Source of the DNA: a virus
Lineage: Duplodnaviria; Caudoviricetes
Virus record (IMG/VR): IMGVR_UViG_3300046167_000709
Span: 2,243 to 66,242 of that record
Length of the DNA stretch: 64,000 nucleotides
Reading direction: 5' to 3' (one strand)
Shown: positions 37,314 to 47,560 of the stretch, in pieces
How positions within the stretch are numbered: position 1 is the first letter of the stretch
Layout: the number at the start of each line of letters is the position of its first letter
The notes under the pieces: generated by a model
Database searches by the model: none
What the model was told of the DNA's origin: nothing
What the model saw: the letters and a program-made list of their open reading frames with translations, nothing else
Position numbers and translations under genes: made by a program

Positions 37314-38847
37314 TTCTTAAATTATTGATTACACAATCGGTTGATAATATCGTTGTCGCTACTGAAGCTGCGTTCTGAAGAGCGCTCTTGGTAACTAGTA
37401 AAGGGTCAATAATACCTGAGTTAATCATATTTACCATTTTTCCTGTAACCACATTTAAACCTCTTCCTTTAGCTTTTGGCAGTTCTACGTCTGTTATGCC
37501 GGCGTTCTCTAGTATTGTCTTAAATGGTGCTCTAATTGCTTCTAATAGCAGCTTCTCACCATCTGATTTTGGTACTATACTTTTCGCAGCATTTAACAGT
37601 GCTATACCACCTCCAGGAACGATACCTTCTTTAATAGCAGCTTTTGTAGCGCAGATAGCATCTTCGACTCTATCTGTTTTTTCTTTTAATTCAATATCAG
37701 AATTAGCACCTACTTTTACAATCGCTATTTTAGCAGCAAGCATTGCTAATCTTTTTTCAAGTTTAATTACTTTGTGAGGTGGGTTATCTTTTGACAACTC
37801 ATTTTTAATCTCATCTATAATATCTAATATTTCCTGTGAAGATTCTCCAAACTGAAGAATAGTCTCTGTGTGTGTTGTAACACTTTTTAAGCAACTACCT
37901 AAATGCTCTACTTGGATTAAATCCATATCATCGCCTAGGTCTTCATTTATTATAGTAGCTCCAGTTAATAAAGCTAAATCATCTAAAACTTCTTTCTTGC
38001 TAATACCATAAGTAGGTGCGTTAATTACATTGACTTTGATATTGCCTTTGTTTTTATTCATAGCTAAAGCAGATAAAACACCTTGTTCTAAATCGCCGAT
38101 AATCAGCAAAGGTTTATTGTTTTTTATTACATGCTCCAGCACTGATTGAATTTGCCTAATTGTATCAATAGGTGATTCAACTAGTAATACTAATGCGTTT
38201 TCAAGTTCAGCTGACTTGTTTTGCTTGTTTGTTATAAAATGAGAGTTCGTAAGACCTTTGTCATATTGAACACCATCTATAACTTCTACTTCTGTTTTAC
38301 CCTCTGCTGAGGTTTCCATCATTACAATCCCTGTATTATCTACAGCTCTAAAAGCGTCAGCTATAATGCTACCTAGCTTTGGATCATTATTTGTAGATAT
38401 AGTTGCGATCTGATCGATCATACTACCTTCTACAGGTACTGATGCAGATTCTAAGTAAGTAATTACTTTTTCTACAGCTTTGTTAATACCTTCTTTTAAC
38501 TCTCTTGAGTTTGTTTTATCTGAAACCTTATAAGCTTCAGTTAATATAGCGTGAGCTAAGACTGTGGCTGTGGTTGTACCATCGCCTGCTTCTCTCACTG
38601 TTTTTCTTGCTGCTTCTTTCAAAAGTGTCGCACCCATATTTTCTACTGGGTCTCGCAAGATTATTGAATCTGCTACTGTAACACCATCTTTTGTAATAAT
38701 TGGTTTTCCAGTATGATCCTCAAGCATCACACATTTGCCGCTAGCTCCGAGTGTGGAGCTAACAGCTTTTGTGAGTTTTTCTATTCCTTTAAATACATTA
38801 ACTCTAGCGTCTTCGCCGAAGTTAAGGTTTTTGACAATTGCGTCCAT
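37294..38847 (-). CDS. groEL: Chaperonin GroEL (no GGM tail)
   Basis: ITKDGVTVA, AGDGTTTATVLA, EGIVPGGG, GIIDP. Confidence 0.97.
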   Translation of the reverse strand: MDAIVKNLNFGEDARVNVFKGIEKLTKAVSSTLGASGKCVMLEDHTGKPIITKDGVTVADSIILRDPVENMGATLLKEAARKTVREAGDGTTTATVLAHAILTEAYKVSDKTNSRELKEGINKAVEKVITYLESASVPVEGSMIDQIATISTNNDPKLGSIIADAFRAVDNTGIVMMETSAEGKTEVEVIDGVQYDKGLTNSHFITNKQNKSAELENALVLLVESPIDTIRQIQSVLEHVIKNNKPLLIIGDLEQGVLSALAMNKNKGNIKVNVINAPTYGISKKEVLDDLALLTGATIINEDLGDDMDLIQVEHLGSCLKSVTTHTETILQFGESSQEILDIIDEIKNELSKDNPPHKVIKLEKRLAMLAAKIAIVKVGANSDIELKEKTDRVEDAICATKAAIKEGIVPGGGIALLNAAKSIVPKSDGEKLLLEAIRAPFKTILENAGITDVELPKAKGRGLNVVTGKMVNMINSGIIDPLLVTKSALQNAASVATTILSTDCVINNLRIDESDR

Positions 38848-38879
38848 ATTTTATTTAATTTAATTTAATTGAGTGTGGT

Positions 38880-39215
38880 TTATTTAAAGGTTTTTATTAC
38901 TTTGGGTCCGTTGATAAATTCAACTTTCTTTAAGTAATGCGCTACTGTTTGGTCGATAGCTGTTTCAGCTCCTTCTAAAGTTTCACGCCGGGTTACATCA
39001 TGCCATGTTTCTGGATCTTTGATGTCTTGGTACTCTGTTTGGTAAAAGCCGTTAATAAGCTGGACAATTCTCCAGTTTTCTTTATTAGCTATGTGTTTCC
39101 ATAGTTTAACTTGGCTTTTGCCTGGTTGTGGGTGACTACTCCACGATTCAGTCTGGTAAAATAGTGTCATTGGTTTTGGTTTTAAATTACTATTGGTTTT
39201 ATGCTCTTGTAGCAT
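38880..39215 (-). CDS. Hypothetical protein
   Basis: ORF (probable start MTLFYQ) upstream of groEL. Confidence 0.55.
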   Translation of the reverse strand: MLQEHKTNSNLKPKPMTLFYQTESWSSHPQPGKSQVKLWKHIANKENWRIVQLINGFYQTEYQDIKDPETWHDVTRRETLEGAETAIDQTVAHYLKKVEFINGPKVIKTFK

Positions 39216-39245
39216 ATGGCTATTATTACTCGTTTTACTCGATAT

Positions 39246-39566
39246 TTACTCTCCTATTGTCATAGTTACAGATACTGGGTTTTTTTGATCTTCAATTTGA
39301 CCAGCTATGCTAGCTTCTATTTGATCTACTTGATCTTTACCCATAGCGTCTTTTGTCCAACCAACAACTATTTCGTTTGTTAAGTCTTCAAAAGGTATAA
39401 ACGCGCCGCCCTCGCTTAAAGAAACAACTTGAGTACCTATGTTAGTAGCTGAATAATCTCCATCAACTCCTGTCACTATCCAGTGTACGTTATACACTAC
39501 ATTTGTTTCACCTTCTTCTTGAGGGTGTACATCTACTGTTTTACAATTCCAATCGTATGTTATCAT
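39246..39566 (-). CDS. Small acidic tail-fibre-associated protein
   Basis: VVYNVHW...FIPFEDLTNEIVVGW motif; follows the fibre gene. Confidence 0.6.
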   Translation of the reverse strand: MITYDWNCKTVDVHPQEEGETNVVYNVHWIVTGVDGDYSATNIGTQVVSLSEGGAFIPFEDLTNEIVVGWTKDAMGKDQVDQIEASIAGQIEDQKNPVSVTMTIGE

Positions 39567-39572
39567 TTTTAT

Positions 39573-42170
39573 TTATTTTGATGGTGCAAAATTATACACC
39601 GTTCCACCTATATTAACTTGTAACTTATTAGCTTTAGGGTTAAATACTATGCTAGTTACATTGCTTAAATGGCTATTACCATCTGCTCCGTTTTTTCCAT
39701 TAGAACCATCAGCTCCCGCTGGACCAGTTGCACCAGTAGCACCAGTAGCACCAGTAGTACCTTGTGAGCCTGTCGCTCCTGTATCTCCTTTTGGCCCTTG
39801 CACACCTTGCGGTCCTTGTGTTAAAGATATATCTTCAAGTTCTTTTTCAAGTTCAGCTACACGTTTAATTAATAAATCTATATAGCTAACACCTTTTACT
39901 CCATCTTCACCTGTATGAACAAGTTCTGGGTAGTACTGCTCTATATCTTCAACTATAACTCCGTACCTAACTCTCTCGGTGTCTCCTGTTTTGTATTTAT
40001 ACTGCTTAAACGGTATGGCTGTTGCTTTATTTTTATCAATATTAGCAATGTCTTTTTTCGTGTCTGCTTGAGATTGCTGTACTAAAGACGAATAATACAG
40101 TGTGTCTGTAAATCTACCTGTTCCCTTTACGTCTAATTTGTAGCTAGGGTTTATTTGACCAACACCTACGTTTCCACCAACTGGGTTTAATGACATTTCA
40201 TAAGCTGTTGCGGAAGTGTTGCTCTGTGCTTGCAGCCAAGAGGCACCTACATTGTTGACACCTATATTTAAGCCGTAACTATTAGCTGTATTACTAACAA
40301 AAAACGGAGCTGTCGAAGATCCTAAAGACGGATCATCATCACCTGTTAAACCTGATACGTGTAGTTTAGTTCTAGCGCTAGACGTTCCAATACCGACTCT
40401 ACCACCCACTGGCTGTAATAAAAGGTCGTATGACGTAGCTGTTCCGTCTGACCTACCTTGTTGTATTACACCTCTACCTGATGTTAAAGTGCTAAACAGT
40501 GTTCCAAAAGATGAACCACCTATTTGAGCCGCTGAAGCTGCTGCTCCTAGAGAAGGCATTGAAGAAGTAGTCCCGAAAACGTGTAGTTTAGTTGTAGGGG
40601 TAGTAATCCCAATACCAACTCTCTCACTTGTGTCTATTGTAATTGTTCTAGTGGAATCTCTAGCTATAGATATACAATCATTTAATGTGTTATTTGTAAC
40701 ACCACCTATTTCAACAGTTGTGCTTCCATCGTCAAAAGAAAAGTGAGCTCCATAAGCAGTGTTGCTAGGATCCTCTATTTTTAAACCATCAGTGTTGCCT
40801 ATTCCTATACCTCCTATAGTTAGTTTCTTAGCTGGACTAGTCGTTCCGATCCCAACGTTGCCTGTATTCGTAATACGCATTCTTTCGGTTGGAGCGCTTC
40901 CAGTGGTGTTACCTGAAAGTAAAAATCTAAATATTCCACCTCCAGTGTTTCCGCTGCCAGCACCTACAGCTGTAGTGCATATTATTTGACCGTTAGCATA
41001 CCCATTTGTTTGATCGTCTTTACCTCCAAATTGTAATACGCCTAGATCTTGACCAGGACTTATAGTAGTATCTTGATTAATTAATGTTATTACGCCTGGC
41101 GTAAAAGAAGCAAAGTTTAAACCACCAACTACTAAGTTCCCAGCGCCTACGCCGCCATACCCGTAAGTTAGAGCTCCAGATATTGTAGTTTCTATATTTA
41201 AAGTTTCATCTATATATGCATCCCCTGAAACATCTAGTTTAGCTCCAGGACTAGTCGTTCCTATTCCTACATCTCCATCGCCTTTTATGGTTAAATAATC
41301 TTGCTGGTTATTAGACCCAAAACCTAAGTCACCAATATCTCTATTATATATATAAGAATTTACTCCTGTCTTGGATATAAGCAAAGATTCTGAAACACTA
41401 CTACCACTCGCGTCAGCTGATAGATATATCCTACCAGTAGTGTTTGAACCTACAACTTGTAAGTCACCACCTGGGTTAGCTGTGTTTATACCCATACGCT
41501 TATTAGTCTCATCTAAGTGTACAACAGTAGATTCTGCTGTGTTATTAGCTGTACCAACCCATATTTTACCAGTTGTAAGATTAGGTACATCGTTAGATCT
41601 AAGCAAGGCAGCTACAACTATATTACCGTCGGCTGAAGTACTTACTCTACCCACTTGACCTACGTTTTGTATAAGATTTGTAGACCCAGTTGGTTTTATC
41701 AAAGTAAGTCCGCCACCTGATTTTACATATACAGTGTCATTTTCACTTGGAACATTTACACCTATTGGATTTGTAATTAAGTTCCTTAACTTACCAACAA
41801 CAGTTGCTGTACCTTCCCCGTTAGGTGCTAGATCTTGATCTAACAAACCAACGCATGGCATTTTACTATCACCTAAGTTGTTAGTTGCTGTAGAATCAGC
41901 ATCCGCTAAATCAACATAAAGTCTAGGTGAAGCACCTACGCTTCCATATATATAAACTGGATCTCCCTTAGACAAACTAACACCGCCATTTCCTGAAGAT
42001 ATATTTTTTACTTGTATATCTACAACTTCTGAAGAGCCAGAGTGTATTGCGCTTTGGTCTATCCAAGATGTGCCGGCGACTGTAGAAGACAACACTTGCC
42101 CAGATGTACCTGGAGAAGTGCTTGTGTCTTTTATACCAGACTCAGTTTCAATATAATTCTTAAACTTCAT
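39573..42170 (-). CDS. Tail fibre with intramolecular-chaperone (peptidase S74-like) domain and collagen-like C-terminus
   Basis: Repeated xVGIGTTSP units; SQADTKKDI...YGVIVEDIEQYYPELV...GVSYIDLLI; then Gly-X-Y repeats. Confidence 0.8.
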   Translation of the reverse strand: MKFKNYIETESGIKDTSTSPGTSGQVLSSTVAGTSWIDQSAIHSGSSEVVDIQVKNISSGNGGVSLSKGDPVYIYGSVGASPRLYVDLADADSTATNNLGDSKMPCVGLLDQDLAPNGEGTATVVGKLRNLITNPIGVNVPSENDTVYVKSGGGLTLIKPTGSTNLIQNVGQVGRVSTSADGNIVVAALLRSNDVPNLTTGKIWVGTANNTAESTVVHLDETNKRMGINTANPGGDLQVVGSNTTGRIYLSADASGSSVSESLLISKTGVNSYIYNRDIGDLGFGSNNQQDYLTIKGDGDVGIGTTSPGAKLDVSGDAYIDETLNIETTISGALTYGYGGVGAGNLVVGGLNFASFTPGVITLINQDTTISPGQDLGVLQFGGKDDQTNGYANGQIICTTAVGAGSGNTGGGIFRFLLSGNTTGSAPTERMRITNTGNVGIGTTSPAKKLTIGGIGIGNTDGLKIEDPSNTAYGAHFSFDDGSTTVEIGGVTNNTLNDCISIARDSTRTITIDTSERVGIGITTPTTKLHVFGTTSSMPSLGAAASAAQIGGSSFGTLFSTLTSGRGVIQQGRSDGTATSYDLLLQPVGGRVGIGTSSARTKLHVSGLTGDDDPSLGSSTAPFFVSNTANSYGLNIGVNNVGASWLQAQSNTSATAYEMSLNPVGGNVGVGQINPSYKLDVKGTGRFTDTLYYSSLVQQSQADTKKDIANIDKNKATAIPFKQYKYKTGDTERVRYGVIVEDIEQYYPELVHTGEDGVKGVSYIDLLIKRVAELEKELEDISLTQGPQGVQGPKGDTGATGSQGTTGATGATGATGPAGADGSNGKNGADGNSHLSNVTSIVFNPKANKLQVNIGGTVYNFAPSK

Positions 42171-42186
42171 GTATTAAATTTTATTA

Positions 42187-43611
42187 TTATCCTATTTTTT
42201 GTACTAATACTCTAACCGAATTAGTTGGAGTCGCAGAAAATGTAACACCAATTCTAGAAGGGCTAATTCTTTCTACATCAGCATATACAGTTTCGTCTGT
42301 AGTTACGTCGTATAACTGCACAATAACATCTTTAGTGCCTAAGTTATGGTCAATTGTTAAATCTGTGTCTGTGATTGTTTCAGCATAAGTGTTAGCTGAG
42401 TTCGTTTGTGTGTTTGTAACCGTTGCTGTACCAGAAGCGTAAGAAACGCTTATACCAGTACCAGCATCAACAATAACAGCACCTTTTTGTGCAGGTGTTG
42501 AATCAACAACATCTAAAGTAGCAGTTCCACTAGAATATGGTGCAGTTATAGTGTTACTAGATCCAGGCACCACATTTCCAAGCCCAACCACAAGGCTAGT
42601 TGCTAGGTCTATGTTATTTTGAACAGTTGTCCAATCTGATAACGAGGTGGGCGCGTCTATTTCAGCAATAAGTACATCACCTACTCTAACTTGCTCACCG
42701 AAGAAAGTTCCATCAGCCGTAACAGTATACATCCAACCAATCTCTATAATGTTAGGGTTTGGCGGTGTTTGAAGACCGTAGTTGCCCGGTGAAGTTAAGT
42801 CAGTTGTTGGATCATAACCACCTTGGTAGTAAACGCCTCCTGATACAGAGTTGTCGATGTAATTCTTTACTAAAGTTAAAGAGTTTATAGGTATAGTACC
42901 TAAAGTAGTTTTCTTTACATTACTATCAGTATCGTCGCTAAAGTTTATTATATCATCAGAATCTGCAACTGTAGCAACTCCAGCTTCTAGTAAATAGTTA
43001 TCAGAGCCTAAGTAATCAACAGCTACCGTAGGTGATGTAGCTGATCCGGTTACTGTAATACCAGGACCTTCAGTTACACTAGTGACTGTACCTGTAAATT
43101 GATCGTTAGAGGTTACTGTTAAAGTGTTACCGCTTCTAGTTACTGTTGTTGTTCCTGCTCCTACAATTAAAACGTCATCATTAGTAGCGTCTGAACCAGA
43201 TAATCTCACTCCAGCTGTTCCGTTTGTAGAGCCAACACCTTCTAAATCATAAGTAGTACCGGATATTCCAGACACCTCAGCCCAAGTATTACTTTTGGTT
43301 AAATATCTTTCACCCGCTGCAGCAGTTCCATCGACTGCGTTTAAGTCAAATGTTATAATAGGCTTAGGTGTTGTACCTGTTACTGTTCCCGTGACGTAAG
43401 TTCCTGTTGGAAAAGAGTACTCTTTTAGACTTACCCATTGGTCCGCTCCGTTTGAATAGTATTTAGCGGTTAAGTCGCTGGAAGGATTTGTTGTGCTATC
43501 AAAGTAAATTTGACCGGCAGCCGCTGTAGGAGCCGTGGGTGTTACATGTAGTTTAGCATTAAGCAACTGATTGTCGGTAATGTCTAGGTTATTTAAAAAA
43601 GGTATTGCCAT
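42187..43611 (-). CDS. Tail fibre / appendage protein
   Basis: Thr/Gly/Ser-rich beta repeats; C-terminal IDHNLGTKDVIVQLYD. Confidence 0.7.
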   Translation of the reverse strand: MAIPFLNNLDITDNQLLNAKLHVTPTAPTAAAGQIYFDSTTNPSSDLTAKYYSNGADQWVSLKEYSFPTGTYVTGTVTGTTPKPIITFDLNAVDGTAAAGERYLTKSNTWAEVSGISGTTYDLEGVGSTNGTAGVRLSGSDATNDDVLIVGAGTTTVTRSGNTLTVTSNDQFTGTVTSVTEGPGITVTGSATSPTVAVDYLGSDNYLLEAGVATVADSDDIINFSDDTDSNVKKTTLGTIPINSLTLVKNYIDNSVSGGVYYQGGYDPTTDLTSPGNYGLQTPPNPNIIEIGWMYTVTADGTFFGEQVRVGDVLIAEIDAPTSLSDWTTVQNNIDLATSLVVGLGNVVPGSSNTITAPYSSGTATLDVVDSTPAQKGAVIVDAGTGISVSYASGTATVTNTQTNSANTYAETITDTDLTIDHNLGTKDVIVQLYDVTTDETVYADVERISPSRIGVTFSATPTNSVRVLVQKIG

Positions 43612-43613
43612 AG

Positions 43614-44465
43614 TTAGTTTATGTATGCTTTACCGGAAACAGCTCCGGAAAATGTTATTGTTAAGTTATTTTCGTCTATAAAATTTACATCTCCATAACC
43701 TTGTTGTCCTGTAGAAAGAACCATAGTACATGAAGGGAATTTATCTAAGTTATGTTGTACTGTCCAAGTTATGCTAGCTACTGGTTGATCGTGTACATAG
43801 TTTTTATCGCCCATGTCAACTACATCTATCAGTATACTATTACCCGTGTTAGTTAATGTCACATTGGTTCCAGCTTCTAAAGTTACAATGTCAGTTGTTG
43901 AGTCGCTACCTATAAGCCTTATATCTGAGTTAGGTCCATTTTGAATTGAGTCTAAATCATATGTCGTGTTATTATCTTCACTAGATAAAACAAATGAGCA
44001 CGCGTTATATATTTTCTTCTTTTCAATATAACCGCTACCACCTATAAATGTTAGGTTTAAAGTGTAAAAAGTAGTTGTACCTATTTGAGTATAAGATTCT
44101 ATATTATAATGGCCAAATGTACTTATTTCATCTTGCTCGCTAATAAGTATTTCAGTACCCACTATATATTCTAGAAACCCAACTGTATTCTGACCGCTGA
44201 TATCAACAACGTTTATATTTAACGATGTTATATCTGAGAACTGCGTAAGGTTTGGAACACCTGTTATATCACCTTCACCTGCGCCTGATATCTCAAACTT
44301 GTATAGCATACATGCAGATATAGATATAGTCCCAGTTATATTTATATACTCACCTACAGCTTCAGCGGTAAAATTTCTAGTGACTAGATTTTTAGCTCTT
44401 GTTCCAATCCAATAATCCTCTGGCTGTACAGGTAAATTCTTAGGGTACGCGCTAATTCTAGCCAT
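43614..44465 (-). CDS. Tail fibre / appendage protein
   Basis: MARISAYP N-terminus; C-terminal WTVQHNLDKFPS...SGKAYIN. Confidence 0.65.
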   Translation of the reverse strand: MARISAYPKNLPVQPEDYWIGTRAKNLVTRNFTAEAVGEYINITGTISISACMLYKFEISGAGEGDITGVPNLTQFSDITSLNINVVDISGQNTVGFLEYIVGTEILISEQDEISTFGHYNIESYTQIGTTTFYTLNLTFIGGSGYIEKKKIYNACSFVLSSEDNNTTYDLDSIQNGPNSDIRLIGSDSTTDIVTLEAGTNVTLTNTGNSILIDVVDMGDKNYVHDQPVASITWTVQHNLDKFPSCTMVLSTGQQGYGDVNFIDENNLTITFSGAVSGKAYIN

Positions 44466-44480
44466 ATATTAGTTTATAAG

Positions 44481-46493
44481 TTAAGATATTATTATCCATT
44501 CGCCTCCACGGTTCCATATTTCAACGACACTATATCCTGCAGTTGGTATAGTATAAGAAGATACTCCATTTATTGTCTGACTTAAAAAAGGTGTGATAAT
44601 TACGTTTCTACCGCCCACGCTAAAGTCACCACTTAAAACAAACTTAAATTTTCTATAGTAGTTAGCAGTAATAGTAGCGTCTGGAAGCAACAAGTCAAAA
44701 TCACCATTTACACCACTCCATGTTATAAATGTTATACCCGCACTATTTATATCTAGAGTTAATCCTGCGCCTGATGCCGCTGTAACAATTTGACCTGTTG
44801 TGTAGTTTGGTGCGTCTGCTGTTATAATTTTTCCAGTATCTTTGGAAACCGCAAATCCAGTTTGTCTAACATTTGAACCGTAAAAAGGAAGAGTTAATTC
44901 ACCGTCGTCGTTTAACTCAAGAGCATTTGATCTATTTACAGTGCTAGTTCCATTACCTACTATAAATAAATTATTTGGTGGTGTAGATGGTCGTATTGTT
45001 TGACTACCTGTGCTTACTTTATTATAGAGCCCGAAAACAGTTTCACCAAAATCATGCGCTTCTGTATAATAACCGCTACATATTGCGTAGTTTCCAGAGG
45101 CATTTGCGTTAAAACCCGCCATAACTTTAGAGCCGTGGCTTCCAGTTGCTGTGCTAAAACTACCAAAAACCATAGACGTAGATCCAGACGCTTCACCGCC
45201 TATACCTATTATAATAGATGCAGCACCACTCGCAATAGGCACGTTAGATCCCACACCTATTGCTACGGAGTAATCTGCAGAAGTTTCCACTTTAGCTCTA
45301 CCTATGGCTGTGCTAGCTAGACCATAAGCTTGAGAGTCACTCCCTATTGCTGTAGAGAAACGTCCAGTACTTTCTGAATTATAACCTATAGACACCGTAG
45401 AATCAGCTCTAGCTGCGCTATCATAACCTATAGCTATAGGTCCAGTTCCAGTTTCAGCTGTAGCATTATCACCAAAAGCTATAGCACCGATGCTTGTCGA
45501 TGAAGCATTATTACCAAAAGCTATAGAATTTGTTGCCGTAGCAGTAGCGTTAGAAGTTTTTATCGATGTTTGTGAAGTTCCTTTTTGTAAAAAGCTATTA
45601 CCTAGTTCAGTATTACCAGTCCATATAGCTAAAGTGCCAGGCGTACCAGAGCCTGTTAATCCAAACGGAACGTTTGCACTTACTATTGGGTTTGCAGGGT
45701 CGCTAGCATCTACGGTTACATTTGTTCCAGCAACTACTGATTGCATAACACCATCAGCTCCATCAACCCCGGGCTCGCCTTGATCACCTTTTGCGCCAGT
45801 ATTTCCTGTTAGTCCTTGAACTCCCTGAGGTCCTTGTGACCCCGTAGCTCCAGGAGCTCCATCCGTACCGTTTGTACCGTCCACACCATCTACACCGTCT
45901 GCGCCAGCAGGACCAGTTGCCCCAGGAGCACCATCTGTACCGTTCGTACCATTTGTTCCATTAGTACCTGCGGTACCTTGTATTCCTTGAGGTCCTCTTA
46001 AAGGCCCGATGTTTAACCACGTGTTTCCAGCAGTCCAAACATAGCCATCACCAGCTGTAGCACCACCACCGGTTTGATCTATAACCCATAAATCACCAAC
46101 TGTATTACCAGTCGCAGGTAGATCAGCCACCGTAGGTTTAGTACCTAATATATTTATTGACGTTCCATCTGCACCTGCAGGGCCTTGAGCTCCGTCTTGT
46201 CCGTCAGCACCATCTGCTCCATTAGCGCCAGGTGCTCCGTCTTGTCCGTCTACTCCGTTGGTTCCGTTAGTTCCGTTAGTACCATTAGCTCCATCAGCAC
46301 CGTCCGCGCCATCTGCTCCTGCTGGACCTGGTACGCCTTGTGGTATTTCAGTTGCTATTAAAGTTGATATACCACTAACTGGAAAGTTAACAGTTTTTGG
46401 ATCGTCGTTTGTGTTAGGATCTGGTATCGATGTACCTATTATTAAGTCGCTGGACTTAGGTGTGCTTATTGGGTATTTTTGTGCTATTGCCAT
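44481..46493 (-). CDS. Collagen-like fibre with YadA-head-like (Hep/Hag) repeats
   Basis: Long Gly-X-Y runs (GADGADG, GTNGTNG), then ~14-aa SIAFG/AIAFG/STAIG repeats. Confidence 0.8.
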   Translation of the reverse strand: MAIAQKYPISTPKSSDLIIGTSIPDPNTNDDPKTVNFPVSGISTLIATEIPQGVPGPAGADGADGADGANGTNGTNGTNGVDGQDGAPGANGADGADGQDGAQGPAGADGTSINILGTKPTVADLPATGNTVGDLWVIDQTGGGATAGDGYVWTAGNTWLNIGPLRGPQGIQGTAGTNGTNGTNGTDGAPGATGPAGADGVDGVDGTNGTDGAPGATGSQGPQGVQGLTGNTGAKGDQGEPGVDGADGVMQSVVAGTNVTVDASDPANPIVSANVPFGLTGSGTPGTLAIWTGNTELGNSFLQKGTSQTSIKTSNATATATNSIAFGNNASSTSIGAIAFGDNATAETGTGPIAIGYDSAARADSTVSIGYNSESTGRFSTAIGSDSQAYGLASTAIGRAKVETSADYSVAIGVGSNVPIASGAASIIIGIGGEASGSTSMVFGSFSTATGSHGSKVMAGFNANASGNYAICSGYYTEAHDFGETVFGLYNKVSTGSQTIRPSTPPNNLFIVGNGTSTVNRSNALELNDDGELTLPFYGSNVRQTGFAVSKDTGKIITADAPNYTTGQIVTAASGAGLTLDINSAGITFITWSGVNGDFDLLLPDATITANYYRKFKFVLSGDFSVGGRNVIITPFLSQTINGVSSYTIPTAGYSVVEIWNRGGEWIIIS

Positions 46494-46496
46494 TTT

Positions 46497-46745
46497 TTAT
46501 TTATTTTTTGTAACTCTGTTTGTTTCTGGGTTATATGTAGCTGAAGCTGCGGTTTCACCAGCTCTATCTAGTGCTCTTTCCTCTGCTGTCATACGATTTC
46601 TAGCTTCTCCTTTAGCTGTTAGTTTACCATCAGCTGTCATATCGCCACGTTTCTTTAATAACGCTATAGCAAAGCCTCTGTCTCTAACCTGAGCTGTAAG
46701 TCTATCGACTAATTGCCCGGAACCCATAAATCGTTGTGTTTCCAT
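46497..46745 (-). CDS. Hypothetical protein, first gene of the minus-strand block
   Basis: 82-aa ORF preceded by a GTAAGTATA motif. Confidence 0.6.
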   Translation of the reverse strand: METQRFMGSGQLVDRLTAQVRDRGFAIALLKKRGDMTADGKLTAKGEARNRMTAEERALDRAGETAASATYNPETNRVTKNK

Positions 46746-46789
46746 ATCTATATATACTTACACATATCACCGTTTATTTACCAATAGTG

Positions 46790-46832
46790 TGACATAAGCC
46801 CCTTACTAGTATACATTAATAGCCTATTGTCA
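46790..46832. promoter_or_regulatory. TGACA...TGTCA palindromic site, copy 2 (at the strand switch)
   Basis: TGACATAAGCCCCTTACTAGTATACATTAATAGCCTATTGTCA. Confidence 0.7.
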
Positions 46833-47009
46833 TACTTTTTAAAAAAAATGTTACATATTTGGGGGTATGGTGTTATATTTCTCCTCCGGGAAGCGCGTTC
46901 GACAGGAAAAACGCAACCTTTTAGCCACCCCCGCCGACTTTTTACAACCATTTTTCATATATATCGGGATTTTTTACTGTATATTTCTCTAGCATTTATG
47001 CTTTTTTAT

Positions 47010-47050
47010 TACAAACTAAATACGAAGTATATTGGATAATAATAATGTAA
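47010..47050 (+). promoter_or_regulatory. Early promoter-like repeat, copy 1 of 8
   Basis: TACAAACTAAATACGA-AGTATATT-GGATAATAATAATGTAA. Confidence 0.75.
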
Positions 47051-47086
47051 GTAAAAACAAATATAAACAATAAAACAAAACTCACT

Positions 47087-47287
47087 ATGTCTAAACTATT
47101 AAACACTATTCAATTCTTAAATTCAAATAATATTAAATACTTAAAAATATTCAATTATATTATTTCATTACCAACTCAATCAATACATAATAACTTTTTA
47201 AATCTTAAAAATACAAAACAAATTAATTTTACAATACCATTTAAAAAATCATTTAATTACATAACAATATTAATAACTAAATATTAA
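47087..47287 (+). CDS. Very AT-rich hypothetical early ORF
   Basis: 66-aa ORF after promoter repeat 1; almost no G on the coding strand. Confidence 0.35.
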   Translation: MSKLLNTIQFLNSNNIKYLKIFNYIISLPTQSIHNNFLNLKNTKQINFTIPFKKSFNYITILITKY

Positions 47288-47450
47288 TATTTTTTACAAA
47301 AATAACTATGAAACGAATAAAATACATACAGTCAATTGAATTATTTCTACTAAAAAATCCAGAAGTAATTATACAAAATGTAATGCCGCAATGTATACTC
47401 GATGAATTGTATTACTTTCAAAGATGTCAATACAAACTGTTGTAAAAGTG

Positions 47451-47494
47451 TGACAATAGCCCCTTACTATACTTAGCTTAATACCCTAATGTCA
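47451..47494. promoter_or_regulatory. TGACA...TGTCA palindromic site, copy 3
   Basis: TGACAATAGCCCCTTACTATACTTAGCTTAATACCCTAATGTCA. Confidence 0.7.
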
Positions 47495-47518
47495 CAGTTT
47501 TTAATAACAAAACAAAAT

Positions 47519-47560
47519 TACAAACTAAATACGAGTTATATTGGATAATATAAATGTAAC
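47519..47560 (+). promoter_or_regulatory. Early promoter-like repeat, copy 2
   Basis: TACAAACTAAATACGA-GTTATATT-GGATAATATAAATGTAAC. Confidence 0.75.

Noticed and set aside
45760-46340. 9-bp tandem DNA repeats as a VNTR or diversity-generating element
   Set aside because: Explained by collagen Gly-X-Y coding; no reverse transcriptase or template/variable repeat pair was seen.
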